From IMG/VR virus record IMGVR_UViG_3300027917_000001: a stretch of DNA of 64,000 bases; one strand, 5' to 3'. A program made the position numbers and the translations under genes. The notes below the pieces were generated by a model. That model saw nothing but the letters and a program-made list of their open reading frames with translations. It was not told the origin of the DNA and ran no database searches. This DNA is from an uncultured virus (IMG/VR IMGVR_UViG_3300027917_000001). Its lineage: Duplodnaviria > Heunggongvirae > Uroviricota > Caudoviricetes. This document shows positions 36,391-44,048 of this stretch, piece by piece (position 1 is the first letter of the stretch; every line of letters starts with the position of its first letter).

Positions 36391-36539
36391 TGGTCTCTCT
36401 CCCTAGGTTTTGTGGGTACTGTTACTCAGGGTTGCAGTCTTAACTATCCCGACAGTGTATCAGGTACTAACCTCTCGCCGCCCCCACTAACTAGGCTGTA
36501 TTGGGTGTGCGGGGAATCGCACCCCGCACCCCGTTCTCC

Positions 36540-36794
36540 CTACGCGATACCGAGACGTTTCTTCTCGGCGTCAGTGATCGCCCGTGTGATCGAGAACGTG
36601 CACTGGTACTTCTGGCCGTCGACCACCACGGAACCCGTTGCGAACCAACCGGGACGCCCACTCTTGAACCGCTTGGGTGCCGCTGCCAGCACACCCAAGG
36701 TGTCCTTACCCGCGTGAACGGGCAGGGTCAAGCTCGATTCGGGCATGGGAAGGCTTGCCGCGTAATCCGCGATTGCTTTGTCGTTCTTACCCAT
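36540..36794 (-). CDS. First early protein (basic, 'FKSGRPGW.A.G...VDG..YQ')
   Basis: AAGAGGGAGAGAG RBS before ATG 36794. Confidence 0.6.
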   Translation of the reverse strand: MGKNDKAIADYAASLPMPESSLTLPVHAGKDTLGVLAAAPKRFKSGRPGWFATGSVVVDGQKYQCTFSITRAITDAEKKRLGIA

Positions 36795-37380
36795 TGTGTA
36801 CTCTCTCCCTCTTGCGTTGCCACGTACCGCGTGGCGCGGGGGACGTTTCTTGCGTCCCATTCTCCAAAGCCCGTATCCCCACCTGAAGTGGGCACCCTAG
36901 GTGTGCGTCCCATGTTCCGGCCGCAGATACAGGCCACCTAGAGGGAGGGAGAACCTTGCCACCTAAGCCCGTACTATCCGGTGAGCCTACCCCTAGGGGA
37001 TCTTACGTGTATACGCCCGTGGCTTTTTCACCCCGTCTCACGTTGCACCCTACTTCTAACTTCGGGTCTTGGCATGGGACACCAACGAACCCCCACACGT
37101 ACCCCTAGGTGACACACCCCGTAACCTAGGTGGGTCTTGGCGGACACTACCCCCGATCCGCCACCGTCGTAGGTGTCCCGCTCGTTGGGCTGGCAAGCCT
37201 ATTGGGGTGCGGCTTGCACGCCCGTGGCAAGAGCCTTGCGACAGTCCCTGTAGACTCAGGGAGGGGTCTCGGACGGCAGACTAGGCAACGCTCACCTGCC
37301 GCGTATGGCCGCCGCGTCTCAGTAGGCTTGCGACACCCAGCCTACCACCTGTCACGTGGCGCGACGTCACGATCCGACAT

Positions 37381-37397
37381 TGCGAAACCCGTGCCAA
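37381..37397 (-). promoter_or_regulatory. Sigma54-type promoter (leftward)
   Basis: TTGGCACGGGTTTCGCA; GG-N10-GC spacing. Confidence 0.6.
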
Positions 37398-37403
37398 AAA
37401 GCC

Positions 37404-37428
37404 TAAGTCATTGCAGCGCAACGACTTA
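37404..37428. promoter_or_regulatory. Palindromic IHF-like site
   Basis: TAAGTCATTG-CAGCG-CAACGACTTA; each half matches the CAA-N4-TTA core. Confidence 0.5.
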
Positions 37429-37433
37429 CGCCA

Positions 37434-37450
37434 TTGGCACACAATTTGCA
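37434..37450 (+). promoter_or_regulatory. Sigma54-type promoter (rightward)
   Basis: TTGGCACACAATTTGCA; near-consensus -24/-12. Confidence 0.65.
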
Positions 37451-37510
37451 GAGATGTGCAAATTCATGCACATTTGCATGCAAAAATTTCACATACTGCA
37501 AAAATCATGC

Positions 37511-37780
37511 CGCCGCCCCACACGTGCCCGCACGTGCCCGCACGTGCCCGCACACGGGCACACACGTGCCCGCACACACACGCATGCCTGCACGCACACG
37601 CACACGCACACGCGCAGCGCACACGCACACGCGCCCACACACACGCCCGCACACGCCCACACGCGTCACGCGCCCGTGTACGCGCCCGACCGCACGCGAG
37701 CGCCCGCGCCCGCGCCTACGCGCCCGCGCGTGTGCGCACCCCCCCGTGCACACGGGCGTAACTGGGGTTCCCGCCCGCGC
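37511..37780. repeat. Low-complexity alternating purine/pyrimidine tract
   Basis: (CACGTGCCCG)x3 at 37521-37550, a fourth copy at 37563, then CA/CG dinucleotide runs. Confidence 0.9.
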
Positions 37781-37847
37781 TAATTGGGCTTATGGCTGAA
37801 TGCGGAGGGCATTTTGACCGACCTATAGGCTAATGGATGGTTTACAG

Positions 37848-38087
37848 GTTACCGTTTGGTAACGGGTCTGCCGTTTTGGCAGGTGTTACGGATTGGTAAC
37901 GCGTTACCATTTGGTAACATGGTGGTGTAAGTACTTATTTCACAATGGTATGAAAAGTTTTCAGGGGGTTGACAAAACGGGGGGAAGGTGTTAGATTTGC
38001 CTGTAGGATTTCGGGGTTGGGTGCGGATATGTAACGTTTCGTTACGTGTCCACCCGGGATCGGGTGCAGATGTTACCGTTTGGTAAC
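37848..38087. repeat. Four GTTAC(C/G)-N4-GGTAAC palindromes
   Basis: 37848-37863, 37885-37900, 37903-37918, 38072-38087. Confidence 0.85.
37969..37997 (+). promoter_or_regulatory. Sigma70-type promoter
   Basis: TTGACA-N17-TAGATT. Confidence 0.8.
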
Positions 38088-38122
38088 ATTGAGGGTGCAC
38101 GGGATCGTGGAGGCTGCGAGGA

Positions 38123-38242
38123 ATGATTCTTCGGATCTTGACGTCGTTTCTGTTTGGTGCGGCGATTGGCGCTGTCGTGATATTGGCCCTGATCGTTGGC
38201 GTTGAACTTGGCAACTGGCTGATAAGGAGTATGGGACGATGA
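38123..38242 (+). CDS. 39-aa single-TM peptide
   Basis: MILRILTSFLFGAAIGAVVILALIVG...; ATGA-coupled to the next gene. Confidence 0.5.
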   Translation: MILRILTSFLFGAAIGAVVILALIVGVELGNWLIRSMGR

Positions 38243-38466
38243 TCACGGTGACGCTACCGGTCGAGGAGTACAATGCTATAGTGACGGCACGGAAAGACTA
38301 CCTGACAGCCGTCGCATGCTGTCTGGACGAAATCGCTGCGGGCGTAAGGCAAGGGAAAACAAGGGTCCTCAACGTTACATCCGCAGGCGTGGCCGAGTAC
38401 GTCGAAGAGGTCGCTCGTCAGATACGCAAGAAACGCGACGGTCTCCCTGTATTGGTGAAGGAGTGA
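38239..38466 (+). CDS. Hypothetical protein
   Basis: AAGGAG RBS. Confidence 0.55.
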   Translation: MITVTLPVEEYNAIVTARKDYLTAVACCLDEIAAGVRQGKTRVLNVTSAGVAEYVEEVARQIRKKRDGLPVLVKE

Positions 38467-38471
38467 CTTTG

Positions 38472-38918
38472 GTGACTGAGGAAAGGGTACGCGGGGAATT
38501 TTCCCCCGACGACGGGCGAACAGGATTGAGATACGTGGTATCGGGTAGCCGGATCTGGAGTCCAAGCGGCCAGCGGGTCATTCGATCCATCATCCAGCGG
38601 TGGGTGGTAGGACTACCGGCAGACACCGTGATCGTTCATGGTGGTGCCCGGGGCGTGGATACATGGGTCCAGCAGACTGCGGAGCTGTACGAGCTGAAGA
38701 CCGAGATCTACTACCCGGACTGGAAGAAGCACGGCAAAGCTGCTGGGGTCATACGGAACCAGCAGATGATCAACACCAAGCCAGACCGAGTGGCCATATT
38801 CTGGAACGGCACCAGTCGCGGGACCAAGGACATGATCGACCGTGCACTGAAAGCCGGGATCTCCGTTGAGGTGCCGTTGACCGGAGATGTTCTCCACCCA
38901 CCGGAGACCATTACATGA
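38472..38918 (+). CDS. SLOG (YspA/DUF2493-like) protein
   Basis: 'VSGSR', 'VHGGARGVD', 'W..HGKAAG.IRNQQM', 'SRGTKDMI'. Confidence 0.85.
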   Translation: MTEERVRGEFSPDDGRTGLRYVVSGSRIWSPSGQRVIRSIIQRWVVGLPADTVIVHGGARGVDTWVQQTAELYELKTEIYYPDWKKHGKAAGVIRNQQMINTKPDRVAIFWNGTSRGTKDMIDRALKAGISVEVPLTGDVLHPPETIT

Positions 38919-39358
38919 GATGGTTACTGTCACTGGCGGCATTGCTCTGTCTCGCTACACCGGCTATGGGACAATGGACTGGCCCGATCTGCGAGAATGG
39001 ATTGCCGTGCCTGTCCGGGTACACGGGCAGGGTGGCACACTCAGCTTCTCATGCTGTGCTGGCCGTAGGCGTGTCAGAAGGACTCCGACTGTTCGATAAG
39101 GATTGGAACTGGCAGGATAGATACCTGCTTGGCACCATCGCCATGCCAATCCTCTGGGAAACGTTCGATTACATACAGTGGCATGTCGTGCCTGAAGGTG
39201 GATTCAAATCCCCGCCGAGTCGGCATGCCGTCTACGATATCTGGAGCTATCAGGGCGCGTGGATACTACCCCTGATACGAGAGAAGAAGTACTGGCAAGC
39301 AGCCCTCGTGTTCGTGGCATGGGGTGGCTCGATAGCTATATGGGAACTAAAGAGATGA
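38915..39358 (+). CDS. Membrane/secreted hypothetical protein
   Basis: Signal peptide plus hydrophobic segments. Confidence 0.55.
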   Translation: MRWLLSLAALLCLATPAMGQWTGPICENGLPCLSGYTGRVAHSASHAVLAVGVSEGLRLFDKDWNWQDRYLLGTIAMPILWETFDYIQWHVVPEGGFKSPPSRHAVYDIWSYQGAWILPLIREKKYWQAALVFVAWGGSIAIWELKR

Positions 39359-39476
39359 GCAACGTCAGATTACTGGGAGGACAAGATGTATGACTGGAAG
39401 AAATGCTGGGTCTTTCACAGGATGCCCATCGAGATCTGGGCGATTATACTGGTTCTCGGAATCTTCTGCCTGACTT

Positions 39477-39719
39477 GTGGGTAAGGGAAGCAAGCGGCGA
39501 CCCAGACAGATCAGCTACAACACTTACGCGGCTAACTACGATCGCACATTCTTGGGGAGGAATGATGACGAGACGAGTGGGGCACATACTGGCGACGTTC
39601 ATTCACCCGATCAGCGCGAGACTGGCGAACCTGATCAGCACGGGCACAGGAGTAGAAGAGAGGTTTCTGGTCACGATGCAGACGCACCCCGTGGAAGTCT
39701 GGGCCAAGAGCCCGGATGA
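39477..39719 (+). CDS. Small protein 'GKGSKRRP...NYDRTF'
   Basis: N-terminal motif recurrent in phage small ORFs; C-terminus overlaps the next ORF. Confidence 0.35.
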   Translation: MGKGSKRRPRQISYNTYAANYDRTFLGRNDDETSGAHTGDVHSPDQRETGEPDQHGHRSRREVSGHDADAPRGSLGQEPG

Positions 39720-39780
39720 GGCCATGGAGAAAGCTTTGTTCGAGACCGGCAGTTGGACGATTCACACGGAGCGAATATGA
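39562..39780 (+). CDS. Hypothetical protein
   Basis: GGAGG RBS; coupled to the next gene. Confidence 0.45.
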   Translation: MMTRRVGHILATFIHPISARLANLISTGTGVEERFLVTMQTHPVEVWAKSPDEAMEKALFETGSWTIHTERI

Positions 39781-40043
39781 TGTTACCGGTTCTTGTGTTG
39801 GCTGGCCAACGCGATCAGATGAATGCGTGGGCTGAAGAGAACGACATCCCGCTTGAGCATCTCAGGTTCGTACACACTGGCGGCGATCTCGTTGGTGTGT
39901 ATGGGTATCGTGTCACGTATGTCGGTGAGTACTTCACGAATCCGATGGCTGGCTTTGTGTACGATAGCGTGGCACGCAGGCGCCTCGAACCATTAGACCA
40001 GTCGGAGGTGAAGGCGTGGATAGACGAGCAGCTCAAGAGTTAG
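39777..40043 (+). CDS. Hypothetical protein
   Basis: ATGA-coupled. Confidence 0.5.
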   Translation: MMLPVLVLAGQRDQMNAWAEENDIPLEHLRFVHTGGDLVGVYGYRVTYVGEYFTNPMAGFVYDSVARRRLEPLDQSEVKAWIDEQLKS

Positions 40044-40288
40044 ACAACTACATCACCGGCCATGGCGGTGAGGATCAGTTCAGGATATACGAGTGGGATG
40101 ACGAAGATATGATCTATCACCAGTTTCGATCGGACGTAGAGGAGGTGTACAGGACGCTGAACCTCCTGTACTCGAACACTCAGGTCAATCAGTGCGACGT
40201 AATCGAAGAACTGACTAATATCAAGCAGGAGATTATTGAGATGATCGCCGTGATCAGGGGCGGCTCGCCGTGTAAGGAGGATACATGA
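40016..40288 (+). CDS. Hypothetical protein
   Basis: GGAGG RBS; 'LDNYITG..GEDQF'. Confidence 0.5.
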   Translation: MDRRAAQELDNYITGHGGEDQFRIYEWDDEDMIYHQFRSDVEEVYRTLNLLYSNTQVNQCDVIEELTNIKQEIIEMIAVIRGGSPCKEDT

Positions 40289-40662
40289 GCCCGGAAGACA
40301 TGGTAGTCTGGTGGGGTCAGACCATGGTCAACACACAGCCGCCACAGAAGATGTTCTCTGATAGTCTAGAAAACGTACTGAGTATGCTGAACGGCATGCT
40401 GATACGTCTCGGGGTTGCCTATGGCAATGTCGATATGGACCAGTACATCAGATTGATGGCGTCGATCAGCTATACTATGGGCGTGGCGGCATACAAACTG
40501 AACGAGAAGGGCGAGTACCCTGACCTTTCTGAACAGAAAAGCGTGGATATTATGGACAACGAACAGTCTTGGGAAGAAAGGCCACAGGAATACAGTCAGC
40601 CAAAGGAACCACAATGGGGTAGTGATCAACCACCTGCATGGGGGAGGAACAATGTCACATAA
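40285..40662 (+). CDS. Hypothetical protein
   Basis: AGGAGG RBS. Confidence 0.55.
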   Translation: MSPEDMVVWWGQTMVNTQPPQKMFSDSLENVLSMLNGMLIRLGVAYGNVDMDQYIRLMASISYTMGVAAYKLNEKGEYPDLSEQKSVDIMDNEQSWEERPQEYSQPKEPQWGSDQPPAWGRNNVT

Positions 40663-41032
40663 GCCGTTTTTGACAGTCACCGATTTCGAGTCACTTGAGT
40701 ATCGCATCGGTCAACTGGAGAAGTACAGCGAGGCGCACGCCGAGTGGATGGACGAAATGGAGCGTCGGATCACGCTATGCCGTGGCTCGATCGAGGACCT
40801 GCGTTCCCTGATAGGCGGTGCGCATAGCCATATCAATGACTTGGATACCGAGCTGAAGGCACTGCAAGCGCACTTGCTGGTGGCATTGGAAGAGTTTGGA
40901 GTGTGTATGTACTTGGTAGGACAGAAGATAGGTATGCCACACCTGTTTCCGCAGGCAGAGGAATTTCTCTATGGCGATGATCCTGAAGGACCCAGACGGG
41001 ACGCTGTGGCTGCAACTGAGCCTCTTCAATGA
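40652..41032 (+). CDS. Coiled-coil hypothetical protein
   Basis: GGAGG RBS before ATG 40652. Confidence 0.55.
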   Translation: MSHKPFLTVTDFESLEYRIGQLEKYSEAHAEWMDEMERRITLCRGSIEDLRSLIGGAHSHINDLDTELKALQAHLLVALEEFGVCMYLVGQKIGMPHLFPQAEEFLYGDDPEGPRRDAVAATEPLQ

Positions 41033-41400
41033 AAAACCGCGATACCCCACCGTACATCACGATCAGGACGATTCGGGAAACGCTGGGAACGAAGGCGATG
41101 CTTCAGTACCTGCTTCGACTCGCGGTATGCTTAGCCTTTGGCCACTCGAAGGGCCAGCCAATCACTAACATACCCGGGATCTCGATGTGCCATTCCGGTG
41201 TCGATATGACGGAGGCGATCGGATATTGGTGCTCGCGCTGTGGTACCGACATCTTCACGGAGGCTGGCAAGCAGTTACTGGAAGGAATAGCTGACGCACT
41301 GAAACAGGCTTTGAGTCAGGAGCCCGATCGTGTGTTCATACCACCATTGGGCGTTGTTGTCGAGGAATGGAAGTCAACAGAAAGGCAGGACCCTGTATGA
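41029..41400 (+). CDS. Hypothetical protein (C...GH...CxRC)
   Basis: Coupled ORF. Confidence 0.5.
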   Translation: MKNRDTPPYITIRTIRETLGTKAMLQYLLRLAVCLAFGHSKGQPITNIPGISMCHSGVDMTEAIGYWCSRCGTDIFTEAGKQLLEGIADALKQALSQEPDRVFIPPLGVVVEEWKSTERQDPV

Positions 41401-41816
41401 TATCAGAGAACAGAGCGGAGATCGTACGAAGGTTTATGCCAATCTCCATGGCCGAATTTGCCGGTGATAGGGACGAGTGGATAGTGCTCGTGTTTATCCC
41501 GGGTACCAGTGTCATACACTCTTACACAATCAAAGGGGTTGAGCTGGCGTCGGCCAAAGGCAATAACCGGTACACGTTGTATCCGAAAGACGATCGCTGG
41601 CGTACAGCGTACCCCGGCGATGAGTTGGCCAAGCTGTTTCCAGATGGATGGTCAGAATGGACTAAAGCCAACATCACCAATAAGTTCATGGATGGACTGG
41701 CTGATCGTGGATACGGAATGAGACGATCGGATGGTGTGTGGAGCGACGTGCCGCCACAACCACGTCTTGAGCAACCATGGTGCGATCCCGACGACTACGA
41801 CAGACTGCCCGACTAG
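41397..41816 (+). CDS. Hypothetical protein
   Basis: ATGA-coupled. Confidence 0.55.
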   Translation: MISENRAEIVRRFMPISMAEFAGDRDEWIVLVFIPGTSVIHSYTIKGVELASAKGNNRYTLYPKDDRWRTAYPGDELAKLFPDGWSEWTKANITNKFMDGLADRGYGMRRSDGVWSDVPPQPRLEQPWCDPDDYDRLPD

Positions 41817-41840
41817 AGGTGATCTTTGATGCCGTAGGGG

Positions 41841-41869
41841 TTGACAAACCACGGTCCTCGTGTTATATT
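41841..41869 (+). promoter_or_regulatory. Sigma70-type promoter
   Basis: TTGACA-N17-TATATT, extended TG. Confidence 0.85.
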
Positions 41870-41874
41870 TGTTG

Positions 41875-41935
41875 TGCATCGTTACTCTCCTCTTGGGTGG
41901 CTGGGCGTGCTTGGATGGACGCCCAGTTTCTTTTC
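41875..41935 (+). ncRNA. Candidate ~60-nt anti-RBS small RNA ending in an intrinsic terminator
   Basis: Promoter, then TGCATCGTTACTCTCCTCTT, then a GCTGGGCGT/ACGCCCAGT stem and T-rich tail. Confidence 0.55.
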
Positions 41936-41940
41936 GCCCC

Positions 41941-41969
41941 TTGACAAATTGATTCGATCGTAGTATATT
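41941..41969 (+). promoter_or_regulatory. Sigma70-type promoter of the tRNA/ncRNA operon
   Basis: TTGACA-N17-TATATT. Confidence 0.85.
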
Positions 41970-42086
41970 ATACGGTACAAACGCCGCGTACCTGCCGATG
42001 GCAGCCTAGAGCACCCCAACTGGGGCGCTGCCATCAAACGTTCCTCCGTCGCTGATGGGCCTCACCTAGAGGCCCACAGTGATAAG

Positions 42087-42154
42087 GCCGGTGGTTCGCG
42101 GGATTGACCCCGCCTTGTAAGCGGGGAACCTCGGTTCGACTCCGAGCACCGGCT
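42087..42154 (+). tRNA. tRNA-Thr(TGT), reduced D arm
   Basis: GCCGGTG/CACCGGC acceptor; CCCGC-CTTGTAA-GCGGG; CTCGG-TTCGACT-CCGAG. Confidence 0.75.
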
Positions 42155-42260
42155 TGACGTTACATACACGCACCACCATGTCGCTGTGTCGGTGCGGATG
42201 GGGCGGGCGTTGGATGTTGCCTCGGCATCCAACAACGCGTGGCTCGCCCCAACGGGTTTT

Positions 42261-42333
42261 CTGGAGCTGGCGCAATCGGTAGCGTTCCTGCTTTGGAAGC
42301 AGGCGGTTCCGGGTTCAAGTCCCGGGTTCCAGA
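42261..42333 (+). tRNA. tRNA-Pro(TGG)
   Basis: Full cloverleaf; CCTGC-TTTGGAA-GCAGG. Confidence 0.9.
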
Positions 42334-42336
42334 CTT

Positions 42337-42412
42337 GGGGTGAAGTAGCTCAGCACGGGAGAGCGCTGCCCTTGCAAGGCAGAGGTTGAGGGTTCGAGTC
42401 CCTCCCACTCCA
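42337..42412 (+). tRNA. tRNA-Ala(TGC)
   Basis: CTGCC-CTTGCAA-GGCAG; G3:U70 present; 2-nt bulge in the acceptor stem. Confidence 0.85.
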
Positions 42413-42643
42413 CTCTTGGGCTATGGCCTGAGAACCAGAACGGGAATGAGATGTCGCAATATGGCTCGACTATGAGACCAAAGAGTCCAGCGAGCAGGGG
42501 GCTGCGCGACTTGATCACCCGACTGGTATAGATAGGCAGCCCCCTAATGAACATGTATAGGGAACGCCCACCCTTGCCCGGGCGGCGTTAGATGGACGGT
42601 GGGCCGATCAGTTGAGTTGGTGGGTTCTCGGACTGATCACCAT

Positions 42644-42721
42644 GTAGGGCCGGATTGGCGACCAAAGCGGGCTGTAACCCCGTGGCCACTGGCCTTGTAG
42701 GTTCGACTCCTACGTCCTGCA
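42644..42721 (+). tRNA. tRNA-Tyr(GTA), reduced D arm, long variable arm
   Basis: GCGGG-CTGTAAC-CCCGT; GGCC-ACT-GGCC variable arm; GTAGG-TTCGACT-CCTAC. Confidence 0.8.
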
Positions 42722-42923
42722 CTTCGTGATGGACGCTGGTTGGGACGCCGCTAGCGTGGGCTGTGACGGAATACTCTGTCCAGAACCGGAGCAACGTAAC
42801 GGGTGGCGATGAGGACGCCGCGACCGGCAACGTGGCCGGTCAACTCGGGTCGGGGGTATTGTCAATGGTAGTTCTGGCCCCCGTGGAGGAAGCCAAATCC
42901 TCCCGGCCCTTACCATCGAAAAT

Positions 42924-42997
42924 GCCACGGTAGCTCAGCTAGGTAGAGCGACGGGCCGTTAACCCGTGGGTCGGAGGTTCGATCCCTCCCTGTGGCG
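42924..42997 (+). tRNA. tRNA-Asn(GTT)
   Basis: Full cloverleaf; ACGGG-CCGTTAA-CCCGT. Confidence 0.9.
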
Positions 42998-43014
42998 CTA
43001 CCTTAGGAGGAACG

Positions 43015-43704
43015 ATGCAAGACCCAAAGAAACCCAAAGTCAATTTCATTAGCATGAGCGGTGGACCGAACGGGTTCCCGCTGGTGCGTGGCCCACGTGG
43101 CCAAACCTACGAAGTCCTGCCCTACGATTTCCAAGGCGAAGTGAAGCAGCAAGAGGGGGTCATCCCCATGAGCGAGCGTAACTTCATGCCTCCCATAGAC
43201 ATACAGAGAGAGATGAACCAAGCCGACATGGCGCTGTACCGCATGACAGGTTCGCGGGTGAAACATGCCGAGCTGGACGAGCTAAACCGGAGGAGAAACC
43301 CGATGCCTGACCTGAGTGGTCTGAAAGAGTTCCCGCCAGCCGGGACTGGAGAGAAATTGCGATCGGCCATAGTTGGTGCGATCCCTGAAGAGTCGCGGCG
43401 CGGTTTCGCGGCATTCCCACGTGTTGCGTCCCAAGAGGGCCTTGGTGGCACGATCGGTGGCCTGATCGGTACGCTGGGCTCTGAGGCAAAGCGGAAGCTG
43501 TTCGGCTTCTTCAGTGCCATGCGCGAGGGTGCTGGTCTCGTGGGTGAGGGTGCTGCCGAGCTGGACGCCCTTAGTCAGGAACGAGCTGAGTTTTTTGGTG
43601 ACACTGGGTCAGCCAAAACCGAGTTCGATCTGAGTACGTTCGAGGGAGTGGTCCCTCATATTCGTAGGCGACGGCAGTCGGAGGACGAGCTGCTGAGCCA
43701 GTAA
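43015..43704 (+). CDS. Hypothetical protein
   Basis: AGGAGG RBS, 229 aa, Gly-rich amphipathic C-half. Confidence 0.65.
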   Translation: MQDPKKPKVNFISMSGGPNGFPLVRGPRGQTYEVLPYDFQGEVKQQEGVIPMSERNFMPPIDIQREMNQADMALYRMTGSRVKHAELDELNRRRNPMPDLSGLKEFPPAGTGEKLRSAIVGAIPEESRRGFAAFPRVASQEGLGGTIGGLIGTLGSEAKRKLFGFFSAMREGAGLVGEGAAELDALSQERAEFFGDTGSAKTEFDLSTFEGVVPHIRRRRQSEDELLSQ

Positions 43705-43727
43705 TCCTACCCGCCATAGGAGGACAG

Positions 43728-44048
43728 ATGGGAGAGTTCATCGACGTTGTTACGCTTATTTGGTTGGTGGGCCTCACGGGACTATTTGTCACATACCTCA
43801 GGAAAGGACCAAGTGCTGGCATGCGTGGTCCTCAGGGGCCTGCTGGACCGGCCGGTCCACCGGGGCAGAAGGGTGATAAAGGCGACCGTGGAGACCAAGG
43901 CCCACGAGGCGACCAAGGTGAGCGTGGCCCGAAAGGAGATAAGGGCGATCGAGGCCATAGTGCCGATGCGCCCGGACAGTTAAAGAAAGACGAACCGCCA
44001 CCGGGGCACCAGAAGGAACACCCGGGCAAAGGAAAGGATAAACCGTAA
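43728..44048 (+). CDS. Membrane-anchored collagen-like protein
   Basis: N-terminal TM followed by about 15 Gly-X-Y triplets. Confidence 0.75.
   Translation: MGEFIDVVTLIWLVGLTGLFVTYLRKGPSAGMRGPQGPAGPAGPPGQKGDKGDRGDQGPRGDQGERGPKGDKGDRGHSADAPGQLKKDEPPPGHQKEHPGKGKDKP

Noticed and set aside
37069..37799. His/Thr/Arg/Ala-rich ORFs (for example 37130-37783, 37411-37761, 37434-37799)
   Set aside because: They are by-products of the low-complexity tract, open in several frames and without an RBS
41652..41879. Minus-strand 75-aa ORF with a good-looking RBS
   Set aside because: It runs antisense through a promoter and a + strand gene and has no evident promoter of its own; better explained as the complement of an anti-RBS sRNA, though not excluded
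42560..42604. Possible HDV-like (theta) ribozyme pseudoknot near the tRNAs
   Set aside because: AACGCC/GGCGTT and GCCCACC/GGTGGGC pairings exist, but I could not place P3/L3 or the catalytic C-R-A junction, and it does not abut a tRNA 3' end
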